From: a virus
Taxonomy: Duplodnaviria > Caudoviricetes
Length of the DNA stretch: 43,132 bases
IMG/VR virus record: IMGVR_UViG_3300032373_000034
Coordinates: 1 to 43,132 of that record
Strand: one strand, 5' to 3'
Each line of letters opens with the position of its first letter. Position 1 is the stretch's first letter. This document shows positions 28,408 through 36,323 of this stretch, in pieces. The notes under the pieces are model-generated. The model made no database searches and was not told where the DNA came from. It saw only the letters and a list, made by a program, of their open reading frames with translations. The position numbers and the translations under genes were made by a program.

Positions 28408-28842
28408 TTACTCGCCCTCCACCGGAGTCAGGCGGTATTTCTTACCTGCGTATTCAACTGACCAGTCCGAGGCGGGGTTAATTTCTTCGGGTTTTTCGGG
28501 CAGGGTGAGATTAAGGGCGCTACTATCATTTGCGTCTGTCCCGTCCGCGTTTCTCGCCTCCATCCGGCCAACTGCGCTTTCGACAATCAACCCGACACCA
28601 GTAACTTTTGCGCTATCGAAATACGTCCGATACGTCTCACCGATAGTGAAAGGTGTATCCACGAAGTAGCGGTGACCGGTGACCTCGGCTATTTCGCAAT
28701 TATTTTCTCGGCAGGCCCAATCAACGAACGAGCAGCCGTCCCAATGAACGAGGAGCGGAGCGCTGCCCATCTTGTCGTCGTGTATGACGGTCCCTGTGCG
28801 GCCATCAACGTGCTTCACTCGGTCGTGTAGCTTGATTTCCAT
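28408..28842 (-). CDS. Hypothetical protein
   Basis: TAATG start at 28842 (MEIKLHDRV). Confidence 0.65.
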   Translation of the reverse strand: MEIKLHDRVKHVDGRTGTVIHDDKMGSAPLLVHWDGCSFVDWACRENNCEIAEVTGHRYFVDTPFTIGETYRTYFDSAKVTGVGLIVESAVGRMEARNADGTDANDSSALNLTLPEKPEEINPASDWSVEYAGKKYRLTPVEGE

Positions 28843-29084
28843 TAGACCATCTCCGCAAGAATGATAAGGGCGGCGGTCAACGTCACGGATATAACGGTGA
28901 TGTATGTTGCGAGTTTGAGCCAGTAGCGGCGCTTGGCGGTCGTGTAGTTTGCCAGTGTTCTTTCGCGGCAAAGCGCGACGAAAGCCACCTTATCGCCAGA
29001 GCGGGCGGCTTGGTAGATGTCCTCAAGCCTCGGCTCCATAAACCCTGACTTGCGTGTCCCAACTTTGTGAAAATGCGTTTCCAT
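28842..29084 (-). CDS. Hypothetical protein with C-terminal TM helix
   Basis: GAGGAG RBS; TAATG start at 29084. Confidence 0.6.
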   Translation of the reverse strand: METHFHKVGTRKSGFMEPRLEDIYQAARSGDKVAFVALCRERTLANYTTAKRRYWLKLATYITVISVTLTAALIILAEMV

Positions 29085-29335
29085 TATTCGCACTCCTCGC
29101 ATGAGGTGAGGATTTCTGTCTTGGCGGCTTTTTCGGCCCACACGCCATCAAGCCACGCCTCTGCTTCTTTGCAGGTGTCGTGCGTCCAGATTGACCACCA
29201 ATAATGGCCCCCGAGGGGGAGGTTTTCTTTACGCACAGTCTCCCAACGAACTTTGCCATTATTGCTGGTGGTTTTCCTGATAGCGTATTTACCACCCCAG
29301 CGTTGTGGTTCTTTTTTCTTCCCAAAGCCAACCAT
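29084..29335 (-). CDS. Hypothetical protein
   Basis: TAATG start at 29335 (MVGFGKKKE). Confidence 0.6.
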   Translation of the reverse strand: MVGFGKKKEPQRWGGKYAIRKTTSNNGKVRWETVRKENLPLGGHYWWSIWTHDTCKEAEAWLDGVWAEKAAKTEILTSCEECE

Positions 29336-29580
29336 TATCCCAGCTCCACGATAGCGGCGACAACAAGGGCCACAGCGAGGGACGCCGAAACCAGCGAGCC
29401 AAAGAGGCACAGGGCATGAAGAAAATAGTGCGCGCCCACTCCATACCACTTCTTCGAGTCGTAACTATCCCATGTCAGGTTTTTGGCGGCGTTAAAGCCC
29501 ATGCCAACAGCAAGCGTCAGAAACAATCCTGCTATTGCGGCCACGGCGATGTATGCTGCGATGTGAAATAAGGTTTCCAT
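29335..29580 (-). CDS. Small membrane protein (2 TM)
   Basis: AGGAGAG RBS; two hydrophobic helices. Confidence 0.65.
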   Translation of the reverse strand: METLFHIAAYIAVAAIAGLFLTLAVGMGFNAAKNLTWDSYDSKKWYGVGAHYFLHALCLFGSLVSASLAVALVVAAIVELG

Positions 29581-29604
29581 TTTTCTCTCCTGTTCAAGAT
29601 GGAG

Positions 29605-29633
29605 AGTTTAGCCCTGCAAGGGCTTCGCCGCAA
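29605..29633 (-). promoter_or_regulatory. Putative sigma70 promoter of the small-gene cluster
   Basis: TTGCGG-N17-TAAACT; the spacer contains inverted repeat AGCCC-TTGCA-GGGCT. Confidence 0.5.
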
Positions 29634-29646
29634 GCGATATTTGTCG

Positions 29647-30201
29647 CTATTGCGTTCCAAGCCTATTTGATTTGGAGCAGTTCTCAAACGCCGTCAGAAT
29701 CTGAAGGTTGTTCGCCACATGAAGGCCTGAGACGGCCCTCCCTCGAAGGGGAATGATGTGGTCAACGTGATACTCAACGCCCGCTCGTTCGGTGGCTTCA
29801 CGCGCCGCCTCATAGAACAGCGGAATCAAAGCCTGACAGCCGAAGACGGGTGTGCGGTTTAGTTTTGCGGCTCGGTGTTTGGCCGTCTGAGCATTTACCT
29901 TGCCCGGGTTGGCCTTGCGGTATTTGCGCACGTACTCACGCCTCGCCTCGCGGTTAGCTTTGTAATACGCGCGCAGCCTCTCTCGCCCCGCCTCTCGGCT
30001 GGCCCTGCCGTACTCGCGATTGTGCTCGCGCTTCGCTTCGGGATTGGCTTTGTAATACTCGCGCTGGTGCTCTCGGTGGCATTCTAGGCAGGTACCGTTA
30101 CTAACGAGGCGCTTTGCTGCGTGACCGTGCTTACAAGGCTTGCCGGTAAAGTAGCGAAGAAAACCCCGAGCCTTAGCGTCTTTGCGGGAAATTGTTTCCA
30201 T
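29647..30201 (-). CDS. HNH endonuclease
   Basis: [15 protein letters not shown]-terminus; [20 protein letters not shown]...EN..KSN. Confidence 0.9.
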   Translation of the reverse strand: METISRKDAKARGFLRYFTGKPCKHGHAAKRLVSNGTCLECHREHQREYYKANPEAKREHNREYGRASREAGRERLRAYYKANREARREYVRKYRKANPGKVNAQTAKHRAAKLNRTPVFGCQALIPLFYEAAREATERAGVEYHVDHIIPLRGRAVSGLHVANNLQILTAFENCSKSNRLGTQ

Positions 30202-30217
30202 AAATCAGCCCTGTTGC

Positions 30218-30232
30218 GTTCTGCTTATGTTC
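30218..30232. promoter_or_regulatory. Alphaproteobacterial LexA (SOS) box
   Basis: GTTC-TGCTTAT-GTTC overlapping divergent putative promoters that share palindromic AGTATACT. Confidence 0.7.
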
Positions 30233-30262
30233 GAGTATACTACCAATGACAGTTTTGGTAAA

Positions 30263-30521
30263 CTGGCCATATCTTGCAGGCGTTACAGCGGCCCCCTCAC
30301 GCCGGGGGAAAGAGCGAAGCCGGACTTAGACGGCGTCAGTTCGTGAGCAAGCACAAAAGGAGATCGATGCGGCCTTCCCCGCCTCTCGGTTGCACCCATC
30401 CTAGCGGATAAACGCCCCCAAATGATTCCTAATGGATATTCTTGCCTTGTCGTTGCATTGGCTTGGCGAGAATGATTGTCTCACGACATAACCGAGAAGT
30501 TCGCCCTGCACAACAGGCCAG
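30263..30521. ncRNA. Candidate structured non-coding RNA
   Basis: Ends pair (CTGGCC/GGCCAG, TGCAGG/CCTGCA); internal TCTCGGTT/AACCGAGA, TCGTGAG/CTCACGA, ATTCTTGCC/GGCGAGAAT; no ORF in track. Confidence 0.55.
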
Positions 30522-30639
30522 AACGACCACAGAGGATACAGCTCCCCGAAGCACTCCCGGCGAGCAGGACACCAATCCTAACCTCTAATGCAAAAACAAA
30601 TGGTCTGCCCACGTGGGGGATAGAACTACGTCCAAATTC

Positions 30640-30891
30640 CTAGCGAAGACCGTTGGCATCAAGAAACTCACCGAAACTACCATACCCACCAGAAGGCAAC
30701 ACACGCCCGACAGAAGGATCAGAGCCGCTAAGCGACTGCACAAACCTATATCGCCCGCACCGGGGGGACCACCGCGCAACACAGCGCGTTCCGTTGTCAA
30801 ACAAAACAGTAAAAGGGCTACGGCTCACGTCCAAACTCCTAATGATACGACAGAAATTATCGCAGAATTTTTTTCCAGCTATTTGAAACAT
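30640..30891 (-). CDS. Possible hypothetical protein
   Basis: Open frame from MFQIAG; weak RBS. Confidence 0.3.
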   Translation of the reverse strand: MFQIAGKKFCDNFCRIIRSLDVSRSPFTVLFDNGTRCVARWSPRCGRYRFVQSLSGSDPSVGRVLPSGGYGSFGEFLDANGLR

Positions 30892-31086
30892 TCCAAACAC
30901 ATTACCAGCGCCAGCAGAAAACCCAAACGGTTTCAGAAATGATGTGAGATTCAAGAAGGATATAGATAGGAAAAATAATCCAGAGATAGGTGGTGTATAG
31001 GACCCAGCCTCACCTCCTTCCCCTCCTCCCAGCACCCCCCACCACCCCGACTAGGTTCCCTACCCTTCCTGACGATGACCAAACCC

Positions 31087-31130
31087 GGAACAAAGCATGA
31101 ACACTAAACCATTGGGAACAAAGCATGAAC
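31087..31130. promoter_or_regulatory. Tandem LexA boxes (16-bp direct repeat GGAACAAAGCATGAAC x2)
   Basis: GAAC-AAAGCAT-GAAC at 31088-31102 and 31116-31130. Confidence 0.7.
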
Positions 31131-31466
31131 GCCATACCTGTGCCAGTTTGGAAACAATCGGGAGGGGATTGATGATGATATGGAAAGAGTGTAACCCACC
31201 CCCTCTAATATCCCTCATATCTCACCCCCATGATATTTAGCCATTTCCCGAATAACGGATGCAATATGTCTTGGCTTGTGTGTGTGTCTATATATACCGT
31301 CTTACACTAGCGCATTGATATTGCGTCACATTCCCTAATCATTGAGATAGGCTATAGCTTGCCCGGTTGGTATAGATATTATTGCCTGTGCAGTGTTTAC
31401 TCTTTGGTGCTATTAAGGGTGTGTGATCTGGCAATCAAGCTGGACAGCTAAGGGGAATAAAAGACC

Positions 31467-31688
31467 ATGACTAAACTTTCAAACGCTGACCAAGCCATCG
31501 CCGACATTGTGGCAATGCACAAAGATGAAAGCGCGGAAGCTGTGCAAGAATATGTTGTGAGCCGCATTAATCGCTCTGACCTGCTAGCCGTCTTCATTGG
31601 CTTGCAAGATCACCAATCGCTGAATGAAACAAACGCCGCCGACGACGCGATTGCGGTTATTCGCCCTATTCTGTTCGCCCCACGCTAG
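31467..31688 (+). CDS. Hypothetical protein
   Basis: AGGGGA RBS; first gene of the rightward island operon. Confidence 0.7.
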   Translation: MTKLSNADQAIADIVAMHKDESAEAVQEYVVSRINRSDLLAVFIGLQDHQSLNETNAADDAIAVIRPILFAPR

Positions 31689-31734
31689 GTGCCGACCATA
31701 TCAACGCCTAACCACAACAAAAGGAAATAAGACA

Positions 31735-32013
31735 ATGGACATCATCACAAATCACCAACCGCGCAACATCATCGGCTGGCATGAGTTAAGCGACGAAGAG
31801 CGCGCCGACTTTAACTGGGAAGGCGCAGACGAATGTGATTACTTCCGCTATCGCGGCAACGCTTATTGCTTGAGCGAATTTATGCGCGCTAGTGGCGACA
31901 TTGCTTTGCTTGGATGGGATGGGATGGAGGCGGATTCCTATTTTAGCGGAACCCTTGTTAAATATGCCGATGACTATGGTGATTCCATCATAGTGGCCTC
32001 TTGCTATAGCTAG
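31735..32013 (+). CDS. Hypothetical phage protein (acidic)
   Basis: Start set by the repeated leader; FRYRG..Y.LSEFMR, WDG...DSYFSG. Confidence 0.75.
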   Translation: MDIITNHQPRNIIGWHELSDEERADFNWEGADECDYFRYRGNAYCLSEFMRASGDIALLGWDGMEADSYFSGTLVKYADDYGDSIIVASCYS

Positions 32014-32041
32014 CGCCTAATCACAACAAAGGAATAAGACA

Positions 32042-32281
32042 ATGACACGCTATATAAACATTAAACCGCTTGAACGCTCGCGCGTTTATGAAACAGCAGA
32101 GCAGGCTATCGGCCACTTGTTTTTGTACCCTATAGGACAAAGCGATTGGAATGACGCAAGGCCTTGGGGCCATACTGTCACCGACATACGCCGCATTAAT
32201 GCCGCAAGGAAAGCGAAAGACTTTTCAGCGTTCAAAGCAGAGCAGCGTCGCGGATATTGGCGCGTAGAGCTGGCAAACTAA
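32042..32281 (+). CDS. Hypothetical protein
   Basis: Repeated leader plus ATG. Confidence 0.7.
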   Translation: MTRYINIKPLERSRVYETAEQAIGHLFLYPIGQSDWNDARPWGHTVTDIRRINAARKAKDFSAFKAEQRRGYWRVELAN

Positions 32282-32315
32282 CGATAACGCCTGACCAACA
32301 AAGGGAAATAAGACA

Positions 32316-33032
32316 ATGACCAATCTAACTTACAACTTGAATGCTGTATTGCTGGCTGCCGTTAATACGGCGAGGAGCTACGAGGAGACGCGCTATTATC
32401 TAGGCGGCGTTTATGTTTTCCCGCTTCCTAGCGGTGAGGGCGTCGGTATGGTCGCGACGGATGGCCATCGCATGATATGCGCGACTGACTTAACCGGATT
32501 TATTAGCGAGCCCGCTATCCTGTCTCTTGACAAGAAACTAGCCACAGCCTGCAAAGATGTGAAGGGCAAGATTCCTTCGCTTGTCTATGATGGAAGCGAA
32601 GCCGATTCAACGCACCAAGCCCGGCTTGAATTGCAAAGCGAAGATGGCGCGCAACTGGTAGCAGGCGGAATCGTTAATGTTATCTACGGGACATTTCCAG
32701 ACTTTCGCCGCATTATCCCAGACACATTTGACGCTCAGCCCGTATTGCTTTCCGGTAAGTATCTAGCCGATTTTAGCGCGGCTTCCTACAAGGCTTGTGT
32801 GGCTACAGGCTTTCCGATTGATAACCGCAACGCGGGAAAAATCGAGATTATCGGAGGTCATAGCGCTAATGACGCGCAACTAATCGGACTAGGAACGCCT
32901 CATTGCTTTGGCGTCCTAATGCCATTGCGCCGGAATGAATGCCGCAACACCCCAGAAAACGGCGGGGAGAAAGCGCGGGATTCATTCCTCGCCTTAATCA
33001 ACGAAAGCGAAAAGCAAACCAAGGCCGCTTAA
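32316..33032 (+). CDS. DNA polymerase III beta-clamp-like protein (truncated)
   Basis: ETRYYLGGV, VATDGHR, GTFPDFRRIIP, VLMPLR. Confidence 0.75.
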   Translation: MTNLTYNLNAVLLAAVNTARSYEETRYYLGGVYVFPLPSGEGVGMVATDGHRMICATDLTGFISEPAILSLDKKLATACKDVKGKIPSLVYDGSEADSTHQARLELQSEDGAQLVAGGIVNVIYGTFPDFRRIIPDTFDAQPVLLSGKYLADFSAASYKACVATGFPIDNRNAGKIEIIGGHSANDAQLIGLGTPHCFGVLMPLRRNECRNTPENGGEKARDSFLALINESEKQTKAA

Positions 33033-33075
33033 ACTAACAGGGCGCGAACGCCCCACAATAAAGGGAAACAAGACA

Positions 33076-34410
33076 ATGACTGACATAACCGCAACTTACA
33101 GCCCAGAAGACAATAAGCTAAGACTCTACGCATCAACGCGACTTGATGCCGAGACATTCGGCAAAGTAAAGGGGGCTGGATATAAATGGGCTCCTAAACA
33201 AGAGTTATTTGTTGCGCCTAAATGGACACCAGCCCGCGAGGATTTAGCGCTTGAATTAGCGGGAGAGATTGAACCAGAATCCATGACAATGGCAGAGCGC
33301 GCCGAGATTAAATCAGAGCGCCTTGCCGCTATTGCTGAGAACCGCAAGCGGGACGCGGAAACATACGCACGCCGCGCCGATGAATTGTCAGAATGCTTTT
33401 CAGGAGGCCAGCCGATTCTAATGGGCCACCATTCCCAGCGGAAGGCCGAGAAGACCGCCGAGAAAATGCGAAGCGCGCAGACCAAGGCAAACGATAACCT
33501 AAGCGCCATTGGTTATTGGCTTTATAAGGCCGAGAGTGTGCAACGCCACGCCAACTATAAAAACAGCGACAGGACGCGCGCGCGACGGATTAAAACCCTT
33601 CTCACGGAATTGAGAGACGTGCAGCGACGCATTAACGAAAATTACAAGGCGTTGGACCTTTTAGAGCGATGCACAACCGAGGCACAGATTCGCGCCTTTG
33701 TCGGCGGCGGATTTGCGTCCATGAATCTTTATTTGTCGCTGAGTAAAGACGAGATCACACCACAGGAGGCCCGCGAACAGCTTTTAACCGCCTATCGACG
33801 CCGGGTTAATAGCTCGCACTATTCGCGATGGACTAACCACATTCTAGGCCGGTTATCTTACGAACGAACCTTGTTAGGCCGCGTTACTCGCTTTGGCGGC
33901 ACATTAACCCCGGCAATTCTTCAAACATTCGCGCGAACGCATGGCGCAGACAAGCCCAAAGCAACCGCGCATGATGGTGACAGGTTCACAATCGAAAGCC
34001 CGGCACCTTTACCGCTTCACATCGCAAGCGGGCACACGCTGGACCTTGATTGCGAAGAATGGCGCGACTTGATGGAATCTGTAGGCTATGAAGTGCCCGC
34101 AAAGAAAGCAGGCCCGCCGCCGATCCTAAATTTTAAGGCGGAAAAGCTCTGGACTAAAAACCGCTATCACGGAACGCTTATCACCATGCGCCAAGTCGGA
34201 ATGACCAAGGCGGAATATAAAGAAGCAACGCGGTTTTCAAACGCATGGATCGATACAAGCTATTGCGGGCAATTCCGGTTTAAGACTGTGACAGACCCAC
34301 ACTCAAAAGAGGCTTATTACATGCGCGAGCGTGTAGCCGTGTTTTTGACCGATAGCAAAGCGCACACCGCACCGGAAGGCATTGAACCACAAGAGGAGGC
34401 CGCAGCATGA
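33076..34410 (+). CDS. DUF3560-type protein
   Basis: ATYSPEDNKLRLY, WAPKQELFVAP.WTP.RED, GQPILMGHHS.R.A. Confidence 0.75.
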   Translation: MTDITATYSPEDNKLRLYASTRLDAETFGKVKGAGYKWAPKQELFVAPKWTPAREDLALELAGEIEPESMTMAERAEIKSERLAAIAENRKRDAETYARRADELSECFSGGQPILMGHHSQRKAEKTAEKMRSAQTKANDNLSAIGYWLYKAESVQRHANYKNSDRTRARRIKTLLTELRDVQRRINENYKALDLLERCTTEAQIRAFVGGGFASMNLYLSLSKDEITPQEAREQLLTAYRRRVNSSHYSRWTNHILGRLSYERTLLGRVTRFGGTLTPAILQTFARTHGADKPKATAHDGDRFTIESPAPLPLHIASGHTLDLDCEEWRDLMESVGYEVPAKKAGPPPILNFKAEKLWTKNRYHGTLITMRQVGMTKAEYKEATRFSNAWIDTSYCGQFRFKTVTDPHSKEAYYMRERVAVFLTDSKAHTAPEGIEPQEEAAA

Positions 34411-35033
34411 GGCCGGACCTATACAAACCATTAGCGGGAGCCTTGCGGCTTCCTGTTATCCCTCGCAGAAGTGACGCACCGGAGCGCATAGACTTTGCAG
34501 CACAGGCCGAGCCCATCAGCATCGACAAGGCCAGCGAGTGCCATGTAACGCCGCCACACATTGCCGCGTTAATGGCGGACCAATTCGACGCGCCGGGAGA
34601 TAAGCAAACGCTAGAACCGTCAGCGGGAACCGGGAGCCTTGCGCGGGCAATGATCGAGGCCGGACAAAGCGAGTTAGAACTAACAATAGTCGAACGGCAC
34701 ATAGGACTAGCGCGCGGGCTTGCCTCTCAATTCAAAGATGCCGGACACGTTAACCGCTGTTTTCTGGAATATGCCGAGGAGGCGTGCGGCAAGGTCCAGT
34801 TTCGCCAAATTATAATGAACCCGCCATTCAGCAAGGTTAAAGCCCACATGAGGGCCGCGTTATCCTTACTTGGCAGCAATGGCCACGGCACGCCGGGTGA
34901 ATTGGTGGCGCTTGTCCCGATAACATACGAACACCCCGACGCCTACACTGTGCAGGAATTAGGACCGGACACGTTCGCAACCGCAAAAGTCAGGACGAAA
35001 ATCATTAAGATCGAACAGGAGTCAGAACAATGA
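34407..35033 (+). CDS. SAM-dependent N6-adenine/N4-cytosine DNA methyltransferase
   Basis: Motif I LEPSAGTG, motif IV MNPPF. Confidence 0.85.
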   Translation: MRPDLYKPLAGALRLPVIPRRSDAPERIDFAAQAEPISIDKASECHVTPPHIAALMADQFDAPGDKQTLEPSAGTGSLARAMIEAGQSELELTIVERHIGLARGLASQFKDAGHVNRCFLEYAEEACGKVQFRQIIMNPPFSKVKAHMRAALSLLGSNGHGTPGELVALVPITYEHPDAYTVQELGPDTFATAKVRTKIIKIEQESEQ

Positions 35034-35209
35034 GAACGGCAACACTACACACAACCGCGACACAAGGCGACAACAAAGCCGGAACGCCTATCTTTATCTT
35101 GCCAGAACGCGACAACCTTGGAAGGCGCCTTGCAGTTTGGCAAAGCGGAAGGGGCAAGGCGTTTCCGATTCAAGGCTTCCACATTGTAAAGCAAGAGGCC
35201 AGCCAATGA
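35030..35209 (+). CDS. 59-aa hypothetical protein (not in ORF track)
   Basis: AGGAG RBS; ATGA overlaps at both ends. Confidence 0.55.
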   Translation: MRTATLHTTATQGDNKAGTPIFILPERDNLGRRLAVWQSGRGKAFPIQGFHIVKQEASQ

Positions 35210-35301
35210 ACGCGCGGCAATGGCTAGGCGAGATTGCCCGCTTCATAGCTGTCTGCATCGTCATGGCGGTCTGGATAGCCGCCTTGTCTTTCTTTCAATA
35301 G
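35206..35301 (+). CDS. 31-aa single-TM peptide (not in ORF track)
   Basis: GAGG RBS; MNARQWLGEIARFIAVCIVMAVWIAALSFFQ. Confidence 0.55.
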   Translation: MNARQWLGEIARFIAVCIVMAVWIAALSFFQ

Positions 35302-35312
35302 GAGAAACTGAA

Positions 35313-35627
35313 ATGGAAACGAAACACACACCCGGCCCGTGGAGCGCCACGAACGACACAGTTAAAGGCCCGTCTGGCAACATCGTTGCTGAATGCATGG
35401 GCTATTCCGTGAAGGCGACCGCCCCTGAACAACGCGCGCAAGGCGGGCGAGAAGCTAACGCTCATCTAATAGCTGCCGCCCCTGAATTGTTGGAGGCTTG
35501 CCGCAATCTTTCGCAATACGTTGCCAAAGGCATAGCAGACGGAGCCTTCAAGGATTGCGTTTTACCAAAGGGCGCAGAAAAACGGCTAAACCAAGCACAA
35601 GCCGCAATCGCGAAAGCGACTAGCTAA
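35313..35627 (+). CDS. Phage protein of the HTPGPW...ANA.LIAAAPELL type
   Basis: AGGAG RBS, ATG 35313; hallmark motifs. Confidence 0.75.
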   Translation: METKHTPGPWSATNDTVKGPSGNIVAECMGYSVKATAPEQRAQGGREANAHLIAAAPELLEACRNLSQYVAKGIADGAFKDCVLPKGAEKRLNQAQAAIAKATS

Positions 35628-35652
35628 ACCTTGAACCCCTTTCCCTCAACTC

Positions 35653-35679
35653 GCCCGCGCTAATGCGGGCATTTTTTTT
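35653..35679 (+). terminator. Rho-independent terminator
   Basis: GCCCGC-GCTAAT-GCGGGC-A-T8. Confidence 0.85.
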
Positions 35680-35684
35680 GCCTG

Positions 35685-35712
35685 CAATTAGAACAAAACA
35701 CGAACCCGTCAA
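35685..35712 (-). promoter_or_regulatory. LexA box (35691-35705) inside a putative leftward promoter
   Basis: TTGACG-g-GTTC-GTGTTTT-GTTC-TAATTG. Confidence 0.6.
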
Positions 35713-35768
35713 AGCGTCCACACAATGCCGCTAGAACGCGCGCAAGGAATAAGTGGACTAGGACGCAT

Positions 35769-36323
35769 TCAAGGCTCTAACGCCTCTTGTGGGCTATCCT
35801 GTGCGGTAATATCCACGTATTCCGCGTCGATGGTCGCGTCGTCTATCGCTTTCGCTTTCTTGGCGCTATCCATTGCTGACAATATGTCTTTTAGATTGTC
35901 AGGCGTGATCGAAAGGCTTGTTTTTGTGTTTGGCCTGTGTCTGGCACCATCCGAACGCTTAAGGTTTTCAAGATGGTTTAGACCCTTATCACGCGCCGAA
36001 ATCTCGGCGTTATCCATCTGGCCAGCTTGGTCTAGCAGGTAAATAGATTCCCTAAATTGCCTATCGTGTATCCATTCGGACCGCGCTTCTAGGGCTTCCA
36101 GATAGACTTCCTTTAGGTCAGGGTCGCGACGAATAAACATCATTAGTGCGCCTTGTGAAACGCCTATGCGTTCCGCTTCCTGCTCTACAGTCATGCCACC
36201 CGCTAATCGTTCCATCGTCAATTCGTATTCATCACAACCCGCCTCAGCGTTCCAGCGCATAAGAGCCGAACGAGTAGCGCCGTCACGTTGAAGGCGAACC
36301 CTCTTGCCTACCTTCTTGGGCAT
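35769..36323 (-). CDS. terS: Terminase small subunit
   Basis: RLAGGMT....A..IGVS...L..FI..DP.....Y..A.EAR HTH; C-terminal IDAEY. Confidence 0.65.
   Translation of the reverse strand: MPKKVGKRVRLQRDGATRSALMRWNAEAGCDEYELTMERLAGGMTVEQEAERIGVSQGALMMFIRRDPDLKEVYLEALEARSEWIHDRQFRESIYLLDQAGQMDNAEISARDKGLNHLENLKRSDGARHRPNTKTSLSITPDNLKDILSAMDSAKKAKAIDDATIDAEYVDITAQDSPQEALEP

Larger units (their letters stand above)
31703..33078 (+). repeat. Dispersed ~32-bp gene-start repeat, 4 good copies (31703, 32013, 32286, 33047) plus a degenerate one at 31450
   Basis: Consensus CGCC-N2-7-CAACAAAGG(G)AA(A)TAAGACAATG. Confidence 0.85.

Noticed and set aside
29900-30080. Short imperfect DNA repeats inside the HNH gene
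   Set aside because: They encode REY/YKAN helical repeats common in this HNH type; not a separate element
30263-30521. Group I intron associated with the HNH gene
   Set aside because: AAGATATGGCC resembles the S element, but I found no matching R/P7 partner and no interrupted host gene
30613-30942. 109-aa plus-strand ORF
   Set aside because: No RBS; composition reflects the local C/A skew; probably spurious
31129-31146. sigma54-like TGGCAC-N5-TGGC on the minus strand beside the LexA boxes
   Set aside because: The -12 element deviates from TTGC and there is no supporting activator context
33035-33049. Fifth LexA box TAAC-N7-GAAC
   Set aside because: Mismatch in a core base, GC-rich spacer, and no promoter evident
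31703-33078. CRISPR- or TIGR-like array
   Set aside because: The repeats are separated by whole genes of variable length and end at start codons; no cas-like gene is present
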